Positions 1 through 9,413 of a stretch of 64,000 bases of DNA are shown here, piece by piece. How positions within the stretch are numbered: position 1 is the stretch's first letter; each line of letters opens with the position of its first letter. The stretch is taken from positions 2,053 to 66,052 of the IMG/VR virus record IMGVR_UViG_3300049456_000054. One strand, 5' to 3'. The notes below the pieces were generated by a model. The model was not told the DNA's origin and searched no databases. It worked only from the letters and a program-made list of their open reading frames with translations. This stretch comes from a virus. Its lineage: Duplodnaviria; Caudoviricetes. A program made the position numbers and the translations under genes.

Positions 1-10
1 CGATGGCGGC

Positions 11-334
11 ATGTGCCTTAGCTGCGGAATACCGCTCACGATAAGGACCGCCCGCCTCGACCACATCGTGCCGTGGTCCGCGGGGGGACCGGACACCAGC
101 GGCAACCTCCGCCTGCTGTGCGAGCCGTGCAACGCCGGTCGCAGCAACTTCCGGACCGGCCTGGACGACCACGCCGCCACGCGGCCGCCCGTCACCCTCG
201 CCTGCGTCGGCTGCTTCCACCTGCAAAGCCACGACGAGGAGGAACCCGCACCCGTCGTATACGGCCACATGATCCCCGCCTACTGCGGATACTGCGGCCT
301 CGTCTCACCCACCTGCCCCGGATTGGTGTACTGA
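11..334 (+). CDS. HNH endonuclease with C-terminal Cys-rich region
   Basis: CLSC...DHIVPWSAGG...NLRLLCEPCN HNH motif, plus two further CxxC pairs. Confidence 0.8.
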   Translation: MCLSCGIPLTIRTARLDHIVPWSAGGPDTSGNLRLLCEPCNAGRSNFRTGLDDHAATRPPVTLACVGCFHLQSHDEEEPAPVVYGHMIPAYCGYCGLVSPTCPGLVY

Positions 335-335
335 C

Positions 336-659
336 ATGGACCGTCCCCCTGAGACCGAAGACATCCAGGCGGCCCCGGACGAGCTGCTGGCCCTGGCCCG
401 GGCCGTGCGTCCCGCCTGGGACTGCGACATCCTCGCCGCCGCCCTCCTCGCCGCCAGGCAGGCCGGGTGGACGTGGGACCGCACCCTGGCCGAGACGGTC
501 CGCCTGATGCGCCACCCGTCCGGGTCCCCGTGGGACCTGAAGCGGGCCGCGGCGGACCCGTTCCGCAAGTCGACGGTGCCGCCGGGCACGGAGAAGCGCG
601 GCGCGGCCGCAGCGCGGCAGCTGCTGGGCTACGACCGGCCCGCGCCAGGTGCGGCGTGA
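336..659 (+). CDS. hypothetical phage protein
   Basis: ORF tightly packed between neighbours, GTGA overlap with the next gene. Confidence 0.6.
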   Translation: MDRPPETEDIQAAPDELLALARAVRPAWDCDILAAALLAARQAGWTWDRTLAETVRLMRHPSGSPWDLKRAAADPFRKSTVPPGTEKRGAAAARQLLGYDRPAPGAA

Positions 660-943
660 CCGCCGCCCGCTGGCTCGCCAGCGCCGCCCTCGTCGCGGTC
701 ATGGCCCTGGCCGTCTTCGTGGCGCCCCTGTGCGCCTGGTACAGCTCGCGGGGCCTGTGGACCATGACGTGGATGGCGGGCATGCTCGCGGCGATCCTGG
801 CCGCCAGTCTGGGCCTGCACGCACTGCAGCCGGGGACGCCGTGCGACTGCCCGTGCAACTGCCCCGCGCCCGGCCGGCCTGACTATGACGGGGCGCCCGG
901 CTGGTGCGATCCGTGCCGCATGAGAATCCACCAGGAGGCGTGA
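656..943 (+). CDS. small membrane protein with Cys-rich C-terminus
   Basis: GTG overlapping the upstream stop; two hydrophobic stretches. Confidence 0.5.
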   Translation: MTAARWLASAALVAVMALAVFVAPLCAWYSSRGLWTMTWMAGMLAAILAASLGLHALQPGTPCDCPCNCPAPGRPDYDGAPGWCDPCRMRIHQEA

Positions 944-1121
944 TGGCTGACGTGCTGATGAACGGCCGCGAGCCGGTGAGCTGGGAGCTGCCCTCACTCG
1001 AGCGGGGCCGCCGCCAGGAACTCGAGCGGGACACCGCGCGGCTGGCGGGCGTCCTCGCCGAGGAGCGGGAGGACCCGCCGCCGGGCTGCCGGACGGAGCT
1101 CCTGCCGCCGCTGGGCACGCT

Positions 1122-1484
1122 GTGAGCGGCGTGCCGGGCATGCGCCGGGGCCAGCCGCTGCCTGACGGCGAGCTGGAGCCGTGCGGCACCAGGGCGGCGT
1201 ACCGGCGGCACCTGCGCCGGGGTGACCCGGTGGACGAGTCGTGCCGTCAGGCGGAGGCCCGCGGCTGGCAGGACCGGGTCGCGGACGGGTATGTCCGGCC
1301 GTCCCGCGGCCGCCGCGTTCACCGGGCGCTGCGGTTCGGGGTGGCGAAGTGCGGCCGGGGTCAGGTGTCGGTGTCGTCCGATCCAGGTGAGGTGACGTGC
1401 CTGAACTGCCTGGGCGGTCACCGCCGCATGCCGTGGGTTCCGGCCCGCCAGCAGCCGGGGGAGCGGTCTCGTGCCGCAGCCTGA
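1122..1484 (+). CDS. hypothetical protein (PCGTxAAYxRH motif)
   Basis: GTGA overlap; motif seen in small actinophage proteins. Confidence 0.55.
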   Translation: MSGVPGMRRGQPLPDGELEPCGTRAAYRRHLRRGDPVDESCRQAEARGWQDRVADGYVRPSRGRRVHRALRFGVAKCGRGQVSVSSDPGEVTCLNCLGGHRRMPWVPARQQPGERSRAAA

Positions 1485-1763
1485 CCCGCTGGCGGGGCTG
1501 TTCTCGCCGGAGTGGCGCGCGTACGACGCGGTGGCCCGGGCGCTGCCGGACTGCGGGCACAACCGGGCGTGGCGGGCACTGGGCCCGGGCCGTCCCGTGC
1601 CGCCGGACTGCGAGCACAACCGCGTGTGGCGCACCGCGCTGGCTGAGGCGTGGGCGGCTCACCTGGCCGCGCTGAGTGGCGTGCCGGGGGTCGGCGTCCT
1701 GTGCGCGCAGGAGGCGCTGTGGTGACCGCTGAGGCTATCGACCTGGACCACCCCGGCTCCCCC

Positions 1764-1804
1764 TTGACGTGTGGTCCTACCACGCGGTAGTGTGGTAGGA
1801 CCAC
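1764..1804 (+). promoter_or_regulatory. promoter overlapped by a 13-bp inverted-repeat operator
   Basis: TTGACG (1764) ... TAGTGT (1788); GTGGTCCTACCAC 1771-1783 / GTGGTAGGACCAC 1792-1804. Confidence 0.65.
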
Positions 1805-1825
1805 CTAGAGAACGGGAGCAGGAAC

Positions 1826-1999
1826 ATGGAGCACGAGGAGAAGCGGAGCGACTACCACGAGGAGCAGGCCGTGATAACCGCTGACCTCACGCAGGACCAG
1901 GCGGTCCGGTGGGTCGAGACCCAGGTCAGCCCCCGGCCGCGCACGAAGGGCATCCTCACCCTCCTGTACGAGGCCCTGGATCCGGCGAACGAGGTTTAG
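1826..1999 (+). CDS. small hypothetical protein (57 aa)
   Basis: ATG after GGGAGCAGGA, downstream of the promoter, open to TAG. Confidence 0.5.
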   Translation: MEHEEKRSDYHEEQAVITADLTQDQAVRWVETQVSPRPRTKGILTLLYEALDPANEV

Positions 2000-2001
2000 C
2001 G

Positions 2002-2166
2002 ATGGGCGACCGCCACAAGTACGCACCGATCCGGTTCCGGCCCCCGGAACCGGATCGGCTGTGGCTGCTGGAGTATGCATCCAAGGCGGGCCGGCCGGTT
2101 AACGCGGTGCTGGCGGAAGCGCTAGCCGAATACCGCATCCGGCGCGATGAGCCGGAAGACGGGTGA
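2002..2166 (+). CDS. ribbon-helix-helix DNA-binding protein
   Basis: PIRFRPPEPDRLWLLEYASKAGRPVNAVLAEALAEY fits the RHH pattern. Confidence 0.6.
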   Translation: MGDRHKYAPIRFRPPEPDRLWLLEYASKAGRPVNAVLAEALAEYRIRRDEPEDG

Positions 2167-2410
2167 CAGCAACCGTGACAGCAACCGCGAGCGCGGACAC
2201 CAGCGGACCACGGCGGACACCCGTGCCCGTGACCAGGATTTACCGCGCTGGAGTCCGCCCGTGTCTGCCGCCGCCCAGGACTACGGATCAGAAGGTTGGG
2301 GGTTCGAGTCCCTCCGAGCGCGCTTCTCTGACCAGCGGAAACACCTCCGGTTGCGGGTTGGCATCCCCTCAGATGGTCATCACTGACCGCAACCGTGACA
2401 GCAACCGTGA
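2163..2410 (+). other. attP: attP: core matching the 3' half of tRNA-Arg(ACG), with arm-type repeats
   Basis: 2279-2323 GACTACGGATCAGAAGGTTGGGGGTTCGAGTCCCTCCGAGCGCGC (anticodon loop, T arm, acceptor strand); GTGACAGCAACC at 2163, 2175, 2395 and a variant at 2384; integrase nearby. Confidence 0.85.
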
Positions 2411-2416
2411 GCGATC

Positions 2417-2926
2417 ATGAAAACCTGCACCGCCTACTGGCGACCGCTCACGCTTGACGGCGAAGAGGAGATGTGCGGCGATCCCGCGCCGCACAAGGTG
2501 GCCGATACCTACTTCTGCGACTACCACTACGAGCAAGCCATCAAGTGGGCCGCCGAGATCGGCCGCACTGAGACGAGCCTCGTCTACTACGGCCAGCGCG
2601 AGTCCGACAGTCTCATCAAGATCGGCACCTCGCGGACGATCATCAGCCGCTGGTCCACGCTGAGGCAAGAGCACGGGCCGCTCGTCCTCATGGCGGCACA
2701 CCGTGGCGCGCACCGCGAAGAGCGCATGGTTCATGATCACTTTGCCGCGCTGCGCGTGGAGGGTGAGTGGTTCCGGCCGGAACTGCCGCTGATCGAGCAC
2801 ATCCTGAAGGCGCGTTCGGCGGCAGGTGTCCGCAGGACTGAAAAACTGCCGCCTCAGCTAGACCTCCTGGAACTCGGCCGGATGGTCCGCAGGCTTAAAC
2901 GCGAGCGCAACCGGCGGCGGCCATGA
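2417..2926 (+). CDS. T5orf172/MUG113-like (GIY-YIG-related) nuclease domain protein
   Basis: LVYY...IKIGTS...R...EERMVHDHFAALRVEGEWF. Confidence 0.7.
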   Translation: MKTCTAYWRPLTLDGEEEMCGDPAPHKVADTYFCDYHYEQAIKWAAEIGRTETSLVYYGQRESDSLIKIGTSRTIISRWSTLRQEHGPLVLMAAHRGAHREERMVHDHFAALRVEGEWFRPELPLIEHILKARSAAGVRRTEKLPPQLDLLELGRMVRRLKRERNRRRP

Positions 2927-3561
2927 CCGCGCCGTACTACCAGGACGAGTGGGTGACCCTGTATCACGGCGACTGCCGGGAGGTCACCGAGTGGCTGGCG
3001 GCTGATTTCCTGATCACGGATCCGCCGTACGGCATGAACTATGAGCCGACCCGGCGCTCGAACGGCTCGAAGCGGTGGGGTGCCGAGCGGATCACCGGGG
3101 ACGCCAAGCCATTTGACCCGGCACACCTGCTCGCGATCCCCCGGGCGGTCCTGTTCGGCGCCAACTGGTACGCGGACAAGCTCCCCGCGTCGGGCGGCTG
3201 GATCGTGTGGGACAAGACCCCGCGCGGCGAGAAGGCCGGATTCACCGCCTCGCACGCCGAACTGGCGTGGACCAACGTGAGCAGCCTCGTCAGGACGTTC
3301 CGGCTTCAGTGGGGCGGGGAAGCGCGCAACGGCGAGGGACACTACCATCCGAACCAGAAGCCGGTCGGGTTGCTCCGGTCGATCATCGAGGCGTACAGCG
3401 CGCCGGCTGAAGTCATCGCAGATCCCTACGCGGGCTCCGGCTCGTCGCTCATCGCTGCCCGCGAGGCTGGCCGCCGCATCATCGCTGTCGAGATCGAGGA
3501 GCATTACTGCGAGACGGCCGCACGTCGGCTCGCACAGGGCGTACTGGTCTATGACGCCTAG
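2923..3561 (+). CDS. N6-adenine/N4-cytosine DNA methyltransferase
   Basis: TDPPY, HPNQKP and DPYAGSGS motifs (beta-class order). Confidence 0.9.
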   Translation: MTAPYYQDEWVTLYHGDCREVTEWLAADFLITDPPYGMNYEPTRRSNGSKRWGAERITGDAKPFDPAHLLAIPRAVLFGANWYADKLPASGGWIVWDKTPRGEKAGFTASHAELAWTNVSSLVRTFRLQWGGEARNGEGHYHPNQKPVGLLRSIIEAYSAPAEVIADPYAGSGSSLIAAREAGRRIIAVEIEEHYCETAARRLAQGVLVYDA

Positions 3562-4811
3562 CGCTGGCGCAGCCCTTCAAGTACCCGGTCCATCACGTCG
3601 GCCCCGGCCCGCGGCACGTCCTCCAGGGCATGCATGTACACCGCCGTCGTGGAGATCCTGGCGTGCCGCAGCATCCGCTGCACCTCCTTCTGGGTAGCGC
3701 CCCCGTCGTGGGCGTACGACGCGCAGGCGTGCCGCAGGTCATGCAGCCGCGCCGTGTCCCGCACCCCGGCGCGCTCCCGGACCCTGGCCCACTGCCGGTT
3801 CATGTTCCTTGGCTCGATCGCCGTCCCCAGGCCGGTAGTGAACACCAGGTCCAGGTCCGCCCACGCGGCGGCGGCCATCCGGGTCCTGCGCTGCTCCCGC
3901 TGCCACTGGGTCAGGGCCTCGACGGCGGAGACGGGCAGCGCGACCCGCTCCCGTGACGCCAGGGTCTTCAGCTCCCGGGCCACCAGCTTGCCGCGCTGCC
4001 GCTTCCCGGTGGCCGGGTCGGCGTCGCCGCGCATCCGCTGCACCTGCATGCCCGGCGTCCAGATCCGCCTGTCCAGGTCCAGGTCGCCCCACCGCATGCC
4101 GAGCCCTTCGCTGCGGCGGAAGCCGAGCAGGAACGCGAGCAGCCAGTAGCACCACCACCGGTCGTCGGCCATCGCGGTCAGCAGCGCGGACACCTCGTCC
4201 GGGGTGAGGATGACCGGCTCGGCCGGCAGCGTCCGGGGCGGGTCGACCAGGTCGACGACGTTGCGGGTCAGGCCGGCGGTCTCGTCGCGGATCGCATCGG
4301 CGATCATCTTGTGGAGGATCTCCCGGCAGTACGCCACGGTGCGCGGTGACAGCGTGCGGCGGGGGCCGGTGCTGGGCTGCCGGGCGGATGGCTTGCGGGA
4401 CAGCCGGTCCTGCCAGTCCCGGACGGTGGCGGCGGACAGGTCGGTGAGCTTGACGTGGCCGATGCCGCCGCGGGCGGGGAGGATGTGCAGGCGGGCGTTG
4501 TCCCGGTAGGAGTCCATGGTGGTGGCGGCCATGCGTCCGGCGCGGACGTACTGGGGGAGTGTCTTGCCGAGCCAGTTGGCGAACGCGTCGGCGACGGTCT
4601 GGCCGGGGTCGGAGGGCAGGCCGCGGGCGAGTTCGGCTGTGAGGTCGTCGGCTTTGGCTTTGGCTTCGGCGCGGGTTTTGCCGTAGACGTGGCGGGGTCT
4701 GGTGTCGAGGCCGCCTGCGGGTGGCCAGACGCGGGCGCACCAGCGTCCGTCGGCGCGTTTCCAGGGTTTGCCTTCGCGGTTGGGCCGCGCCCCGGCCGGC
4801 TTGCCGGTCAC
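3558..4811 (-). CDS. int: tyrosine integrase
   Basis: GFRRSE, LHDLRH, LRHARISTTAVY catalytic residues; N-terminal arm-binding region. Confidence 0.95.
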   Translation of the reverse strand: MTGKPAGARPNREGKPWKRADGRWCARVWPPAGGLDTRPRHVYGKTRAEAKAKADDLTAELARGLPSDPGQTVADAFANWLGKTLPQYVRAGRMAATTMDSYRDNARLHILPARGGIGHVKLTDLSAATVRDWQDRLSRKPSARQPSTGPRRTLSPRTVAYCREILHKMIADAIRDETAGLTRNVVDLVDPPRTLPAEPVILTPDEVSALLTAMADDRWWCYWLLAFLLGFRRSEGLGMRWGDLDLDRRIWTPGMQVQRMRGDADPATGKRQRGKLVARELKTLASRERVALPVSAVEALTQWQREQRRTRMAAAAWADLDLVFTTGLGTAIEPRNMNRQWARVRERAGVRDTARLHDLRHACASYAHDGGATQKEVQRMLRHARISTTAVYMHALEDVPRAGADVMDRVLEGLRQR

Positions 4812-5050
4812 GGCCGGGGATTGCCGGACAGTGCCGTCTCAATGCGCCAGAGCGCATCTTCGGCCGTCTCGGCCCACCGGGTGTTCGATTCGGGGTTAGT
4901 GCCTTCCTTGGCCTCAGCGCGCGCCTGTGCCGCGAAGTCCCCGAGCGCGGTGGTCAGCACGAAGTAGAAATCAGGGTCGTCTGACATCAGGTCGAACGAC
5001 ACGACGCGGGCGCCCTCGGCGGCCGCCTTGACCTTCTGTGTGTCTTCCAT
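4808..5050 (-). CDS. hypothetical protein upstream of int
   Basis: ATG 7 nt after a TAGCGT -10; stop overlaps the int start. Confidence 0.55.
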   Translation of the reverse strand: MEDTQKVKAAAEGARVVSFDLMSDDPDFYFVLTTALGDFAAQARAEAKEGTNPESNTRWAETAEDALWRIETALSGNPRP

Positions 5051-5170
5051 GTCCCTAACGCTACCCACAACGGACATGTCTGGTCTAGAGTGGACTCCGG
5101 ATGTCTCCATTTACCGTCAACCGTGACGGGAGAACACGGGAGCCTGCCTCCAGGCCCCGGCAGCGGAAGG

Positions 5171-5383
5171 ATGACGATGACCGACGTAGGCGTTGAGGCG
5201 CTGGGCCTGCTGTCCATGGCCGAGGTGGCCAAGCGGCTCGGGGGAGTGTCGGAGAAGACGGTCAGCCGCCTGATCCGGCAGCGCGTGTTCACGAAGCTGA
5301 AGGTCGGCTCCCTGGTCCGCATCGACGAAGCGGAGGTCGTGGCGTACATCAAGCACCTGCACGAGCAGGCGGAGGCGTCGTGA
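5171..5383 (+). CDS. excisionase-like HTH protein
   Basis: LLSMAEVAKRLGGVSEKTVSRLI...KVGSLVRI; divergent from int. Confidence 0.75.
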   Translation: MTMTDVGVEALGLLSMAEVAKRLGGVSEKTVSRLIRQRVFTKLKVGSLVRIDEAEVVAYIKHLHEQAEAS

Positions 5384-5607
5384 CCGGGGGCCTGCCTGCG
5401 GGTGACCTGCGGATCCTGGACCTGCTCACCATGTCGGAGGTGACGCTGAGGCTGCGGCTCGCGCCGGAGACGGTGCGCCGCCTGGCTGATGAGGGCGTGC
5501 TGGTGCGGGTGCCGTTCGGCCGGAAGGTGCGGATCACCCCGGAGTCGGTGGCGGCGTACGGGCAGCGCCAGGCCGCCGGGGCTGAGGCGCGGGAAAGGTC
5601 GTCGTGA
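5380..5607 (+). CDS. second excisionase-like HTH protein
   Basis: LLTMSEVTLRLRLAPETVRRLADEG...FGRKVRI. Confidence 0.7.
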   Translation: MTGGLPAGDLRILDLLTMSEVTLRLRLAPETVRRLADEGVLVRVPFGRKVRITPESVAAYGQRQAAGAEARERSS

Positions 5608-5990
5608 TGGCCGCCACCGACTGCCGGGTGTGGCATCTATATCAGGCTCGGTGCCTGCTGTGCGACTGGAGCGAAGAGGTCACCGGCGATCCGGGCGGGG
5701 CCGCCTATGGCGCATCCGTGCACCGCGCCAGTAGCGAGCACCTCGCCCGGCTACGGGAACGGCGCAAGCGGGCTCAGCCGTCGGTGCCGGATGTCTAAGG
5801 CGCATCGCGGCGTCAAGAAGCAGCAGGGCCGGCTAGCAGACATGTCGCTGCCGCCGGAACTGCGGGGCCGCCGTGGCCGTGGGAAACGGCGGGTAGGCGG
5901 TGCGGACGGCCACGCAGTAAGCACGGCGGCGACGGGGCTAGGCCGGCTGGGTCCCCTCTCGCGTCAGGGTCGCCGCCGTCACCGCACGCG

Positions 5991-6022
5991 AAAAAGCCCC
6001 CGCGCCACACGGGCGCGGGGGC
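5991..6022 (-). terminator. intrinsic terminator downstream of the lysis genes
   Basis: 11-bp stem GCCCCCGCGCC/GGCGCGGGGGC followed by T5 on the minus strand. Confidence 0.65.
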
Positions 6023-6040
6023 AGGTATCAGCAAGGAGAG

Positions 6041-6499
6041 ATGAGCATGGGACGCGAAGTACGACCTGTAGCGCTCGACTGGGAGCACCCCTGTGAGCCC
6101 GGCACCTACTCGGACGGGTCACCCAGGTACCGGCCGCTGTTCTCGCGCGAAAGCCTCCGGCACCGGCTGGAGTGGCGCGCGGAGCACCCGGACGATGAGG
6201 ACGAGCAGGAGCCGGTTGACCTGAACGATTACATGCCGGAGATCCCCGAGGGCACGCCGTACGGCTGGCAGCTGTACGAGACCGTCACCGAGGGCTCGCC
6301 GCTGTCTCCCGTGTTCGCCACGAAGGATGAGCTGGCGGCATGGATGAGCAGCCCGGCGGCCGGACGTGACCAGGTGGCGCCCGAGGTCGCCGCGCGGTTC
6401 GTGGCCGAGGGCTGGGCACCGTCATTCATGATGTCGCCGCAGACCGGCCTCGTGTCCGGTGTCGAGTGGATCGGCTCGGTCAGTCGACCCACAGCCTGA
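6041..6499 (+). CDS. hypothetical phage protein
   Basis: AAGGAG RBS; GWQLYETVTEGSPLSPVF globular-looking motif. Confidence 0.7.
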   Translation: MSMGREVRPVALDWEHPCEPGTYSDGSPRYRPLFSRESLRHRLEWRAEHPDDEDEQEPVDLNDYMPEIPEGTPYGWQLYETVTEGSPLSPVFATKDELAAWMSSPAAGRDQVAPEVAARFVAEGWAPSFMMSPQTGLVSGVEWIGSVSRPTA

Positions 6500-7247
6500 T
6501 GCCTTTGGGCAGCGGCGTGCTGGCGGCCTTGGTCCCGGCGTGGACCGCGTTGAGCCATCCGGCGAGGTCGTTGCCGAACGTCCCGAAATGCACGGCGGTC
6601 ATGCGCAGCAGCGCGGCGGGCGGCACCTCGAGCTTGGCGGCGAGCTGCGCCAAGCTGAACTGCCCGGCGGTAACGTACTCGCCATGGCCGGTGAACCCGG
6701 CCGGCCGCACGGCCGGGTCGCCGGAGACCGCGTCGAGCCACGGCTTGCTGAACTCTGACACGTCGTAGGTCCCGGCGTTGCGGTGCTGGACGCCGATGAC
6801 GGGGAACGGGCCGCCGCTGGCATGGATGAGCGCGGCCGCCTCGGCTGCGGTGAGGTTCCAGTTGGCGATCCACAGGCCGGGCCCGGAGTGGATGCCCCCG
6901 GCGATGAGGGCGTTGACGACGGGGGTGACGGCGGACAGGGACATGTAGATGGCGGGGTGCCGCTGGCCGGGCCGTTTCCCGGCCGCGTAGTTCGCGGCGG
7001 CGGCTTCGGCCCACGGCGCGCACCTGCCGACCCCGGCCGCGCCGGATTCGACGTCGAGGATGTCGGCGGTGGTGTCGGTGGCGGCGGGGTCCTGGCAGAT
7101 GCGGACTGCGCCGGGGTGCGCCTTCCAGTCGGCGGCGGTCCACGGGACGATGCCCGAGCCGGTGGAGTACCCGGCGGCCAGGCCCTTGGGCAGGTGGCTG
7201 ATGTTTGCCCTGATGGCGTCGCAGACGGTGACGGTGGCGATCGTCAT
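6480..7247 (-). CDS. probable endolysin (GH25-like muramidase with LysM-like C-terminus)
   Basis: LDVE, PAIY, LWIANW, YDVS pattern; last gene of the late operon, near the holin. Confidence 0.65.
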   Translation of the reverse strand: MTIATVTVCDAIRANISHLPKGLAAGYSTGSGIVPWTAADWKAHPGAVRICQDPAATDTTADILDVESGAAGVGRCAPWAEAAAANYAAGKRPGQRHPAIYMSLSAVTPVVNALIAGGIHSGPGLWIANWNLTAAEAAALIHASGGPFPVIGVQHRNAGTYDVSEFSKPWLDAVSGDPAVRPAGFTGHGEYVTAGQFSLAQLAAKLEVPPAALLRMTAVHFGTFGNDLAGWLNAVHAGTKAASTPLPKGIRLWVD

Positions 7248-7266
7248 AGGTCTCCTAACGTGAAGC

Positions 7267-7875
7267 TCAGAACAGCATTCCGCGCTCTTCGGGCGATAGC
7301 ACCCTGCTGGCCTCCCATTGGCGGTAGACGCGCTGCTTGTCCGCCCAGTGTTCAGGCGTGAGCAATCCCTTGCGCCGCTGGCAGGTCATGCAGCACCAGC
7401 GCGTGTTAGCGCCATAATCGGGCGGCAAGCGCGGGTCGAAGATGTCGAGGGTGATGTCGGCAAAGCCGTGGCCCATAGCTACATAAGGGTGATGGCAGTA
7501 GTTGCAGCCGTTGTTGTACTGAAACTCTGCGTCGTGCGCAATCTGGGCCTGTGACCAGCCGTAACGGTTGATCAGGGTTTCTTTGGTTAGAGCTGGGTCA
7601 TACCACGCCTGGCAGTGCGGCCCTGTTCGCGGAGTCCGCAGCCTTACCGCGTGACCGGCGGTGGTGGCGGTGGCCTTCTTGCCCCAGCGGTCGCGCGCAT
7701 CCCTGGCTGTTTCTTCGCACGGACGGCAGATGGTTTTGCGTAGGTAAGATGCATCCTGCCTACCGCGCTGGGGCCGAAATGCTTGGCCGCTGGCTATCTC
7801 TTCGGCTGTGTACCACGTCCCGCAGCGACCGCATTGGCGGCTGCCGACTGACGGGATGGCGAACGCTTGTGCCAT
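7267..7875 (-). CDS. Zn-finger, HNH-like endonuclease inserted in the lysis cassette
   Basis: CGRC/CRPC, then CNYC...TLD...NTRWCCMTCQRRKG; more AT-rich than flanks. Confidence 0.5.
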   Translation of the reverse strand: MAQAFAIPSVGSRQCGRCGTWYTAEEIASGQAFRPQRGRQDASYLRKTICRPCEETARDARDRWGKKATATTAGHAVRLRTPRTGPHCQAWYDPALTKETLINRYGWSQAQIAHDAEFQYNNGCNYCHHPYVAMGHGFADITLDIFDPRLPPDYGANTRWCCMTCQRRKGLLTPEHWADKQRVYRQWEASRVLSPEERGMLF

Positions 7876-7991
7876 GTGATCTCTCCCTGGCTATGCGGAA
7901 GCCCCCCGCCTTCCAGGGGAGGCAGGGGGCTTCCTGGCCGCAGGAGCTACCTGCGGTTACTTGCGCGGCTGGCCGCCGCCGCCGTCCCGGG

Positions 7992-8357
7992 TCACTCCGG
8001 GGCGGCGGGTTCCGCTGGTCCCGCCGCGGCCGGTGGTTGCTCCGCGGCGGGACCAGCGGGAGGTATCAGGGTCTTGGCCGCCCAGGCTGGCGCCGCGGCC
8101 GGCACGGAGATAAGCGCAGCCCCGGGCGGCACGGCGATGAGCGGCTGCCCGTTGCCGTCCTTCGGGTCGGCCACCGGGGTCACCTTGAACCGGGCGTACA
8201 GGAACGCCGCGGCCCCGAGGGCGGCGATGATGACCTGCGGGTCGATCACCGCGTGGTGGTGGGTGGCGTTGACGATCATCACGATGGCCGCGTAGACCGC
8301 CGCGGCGGATGACCCGATGCCGGCGGGATTCGTCGCCGGGGTCAGGGCGCGTTTCAC
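7992..8357 (-). CDS. holin-like membrane protein
   Basis: two hydrophobic helices followed by RFKVTP; lies upstream of the lysin. Confidence 0.65.
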   Translation of the reverse strand: MKRALTPATNPAGIGSSAAAVYAAIVMIVNATHHHAVIDPQVIIAALGAAAFLYARFKVTPVADPKDGNGQPLIAVPPGAALISVPAAAPAWAAKTLIPPAGPAAEQPPAAAGPAEPAAPE

Positions 8358-8364
8358 GGGCCTC

Positions 8365-8775
8365 TCACTTCCTGAAGGCGGCGGCGCAGTCCCGCGGCTT
8401 ATCCTTAGCCCGGACGAGGCGTTCCAGGTCGGCGACCTCGGATTTCTGTGCCGCCGACGATGGCGCACCCGCGGGGATCGTCAGCAGGCGGTTCCAGATG
8501 GCGATGTCCTGCGCGCGGGCCGTGTTCGTCAGCTGGCACTGCCGGATGTCGCTGGCGCGGATGCCGTTCTGGACGTCGTTCTGCCGGATGGTGTTGTACC
8601 CGAGGCCGGCGGTGATGAGCAGGTCCAGGCAGATGGAGACGACCAGGCCGATGACGAGCCGCCGCTGCCGCCGCTGCCGCTTGCCGAGTTTCCCCAGCTG
8701 CAGGGTCATCGCGGTGAGTGACGCGGAGAGGCCGTCGGCGGCAGTGACGGCCGGGTCCTGTTCCGGCCTGGTCAC
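8365..8775 (-). CDS. membrane protein of the lysis region
   Basis: basic stretch, one TM helix, paired Cys. Confidence 0.6.
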   Translation of the reverse strand: MTRPEQDPAVTAADGLSASLTAMTLQLGKLGKRQRRQRRLVIGLVVSICLDLLITAGLGYNTIRQNDVQNGIRASDIRQCQLTNTARAQDIAIWNRLLTIPAGAPSSAAQKSEVADLERLVRAKDKPRDCAAAFRK

Positions 8776-8993
8776 GCGCGGGCTCCCTGCTCGCCCCGGT
8801 CGCCCTTGTCGCCCTTGGGTCCCCGGTCGCCCTTGGGTCCCTGCGGCCCCTCGGGGCCGGTGTCGCCGCGCCGCGCCTGCACCAGGTCGGCGATCTTCGC
8901 GACGGTCGCCTTGATGTCGTCCATCCTCCCGTTCACGGTCAGCAGCATCGCGTTGATCTGCTCGTCGATGTCGGCTTCGTCGCTAGCGGCCAC
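8772..8993 (-). CDS. small protein with collagen-like GXY repeats
   Basis: GDTGPEGPQGPKGDRGPKGDKGDRGEQG. Confidence 0.6.
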   Translation of the reverse strand: MAASDEADIDEQINAMLLTVNGRMDDIKATVAKIADLVQARRGDTGPEGPQGPKGDRGPKGDKGDRGEQGARA

Positions 8994-9363
8994 TGCGCTC
9001 CCCGGTGATGTAGCGGTCGCGGAGCTGGGTGAGCATCGCGTCCATCCGGTCCATCTGGGTCATCAGCTGGTCCAGGACGGCCAGGGCCGCGAGGATCTGC
9101 TTGAGTGATTCGGCGGTGGAGGCGAGGACGGGCACGACCTGGCTGGCCTGGATGGCCAGGATGCGGTCCCGCTGGTCTTCGGCCTTGGTTTTCTCCGCGA
9201 TGAGCTGGGTGCGCATCTCCTGGGACTGCGCCCACAGGGTGGCGGCGTCGGAGGTGGCGACCCGGCCGGTGGTGCCGCGGCGGCGCAGCAGGTAGGCGAT
9301 GATCCCGCCGATGATGACGGCGGCGGCGGTGGCGATGGACAGCAATGTGGACAGGGTGTTTAT
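8983..9363 (-). CDS. membrane-anchored coiled-coil protein (start uncertain)
   Basis: N-terminal TM then coiled coil; no ATG/GTG before the TM, so start may be ATA 9363 or a nearby TTG. Confidence 0.55.
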   Translation of the reverse strand: MNTLSTLLSIATAAAVIIGGIIAYLLRRRGTTGRVATSDAATLWAQSQEMRTQLIAEKTKAEDQRDRILAIQASQVVPVLASTAESLKQILAALAVLDQLMTQMDRMDAMLTQLRDRYITGERSGR

Positions 9364-9413
9364 TGTCGCCGTCCCCCCGTGGTGTTGCCGGGCCGCGCGG
9401 TCCCGGCGTGAGG

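Noticed and set aside
2279-2323. Complete tRNA-Arg gene
   Set aside because: Only the anticodon loop to 3' end is present; flanking repeats indicate attP
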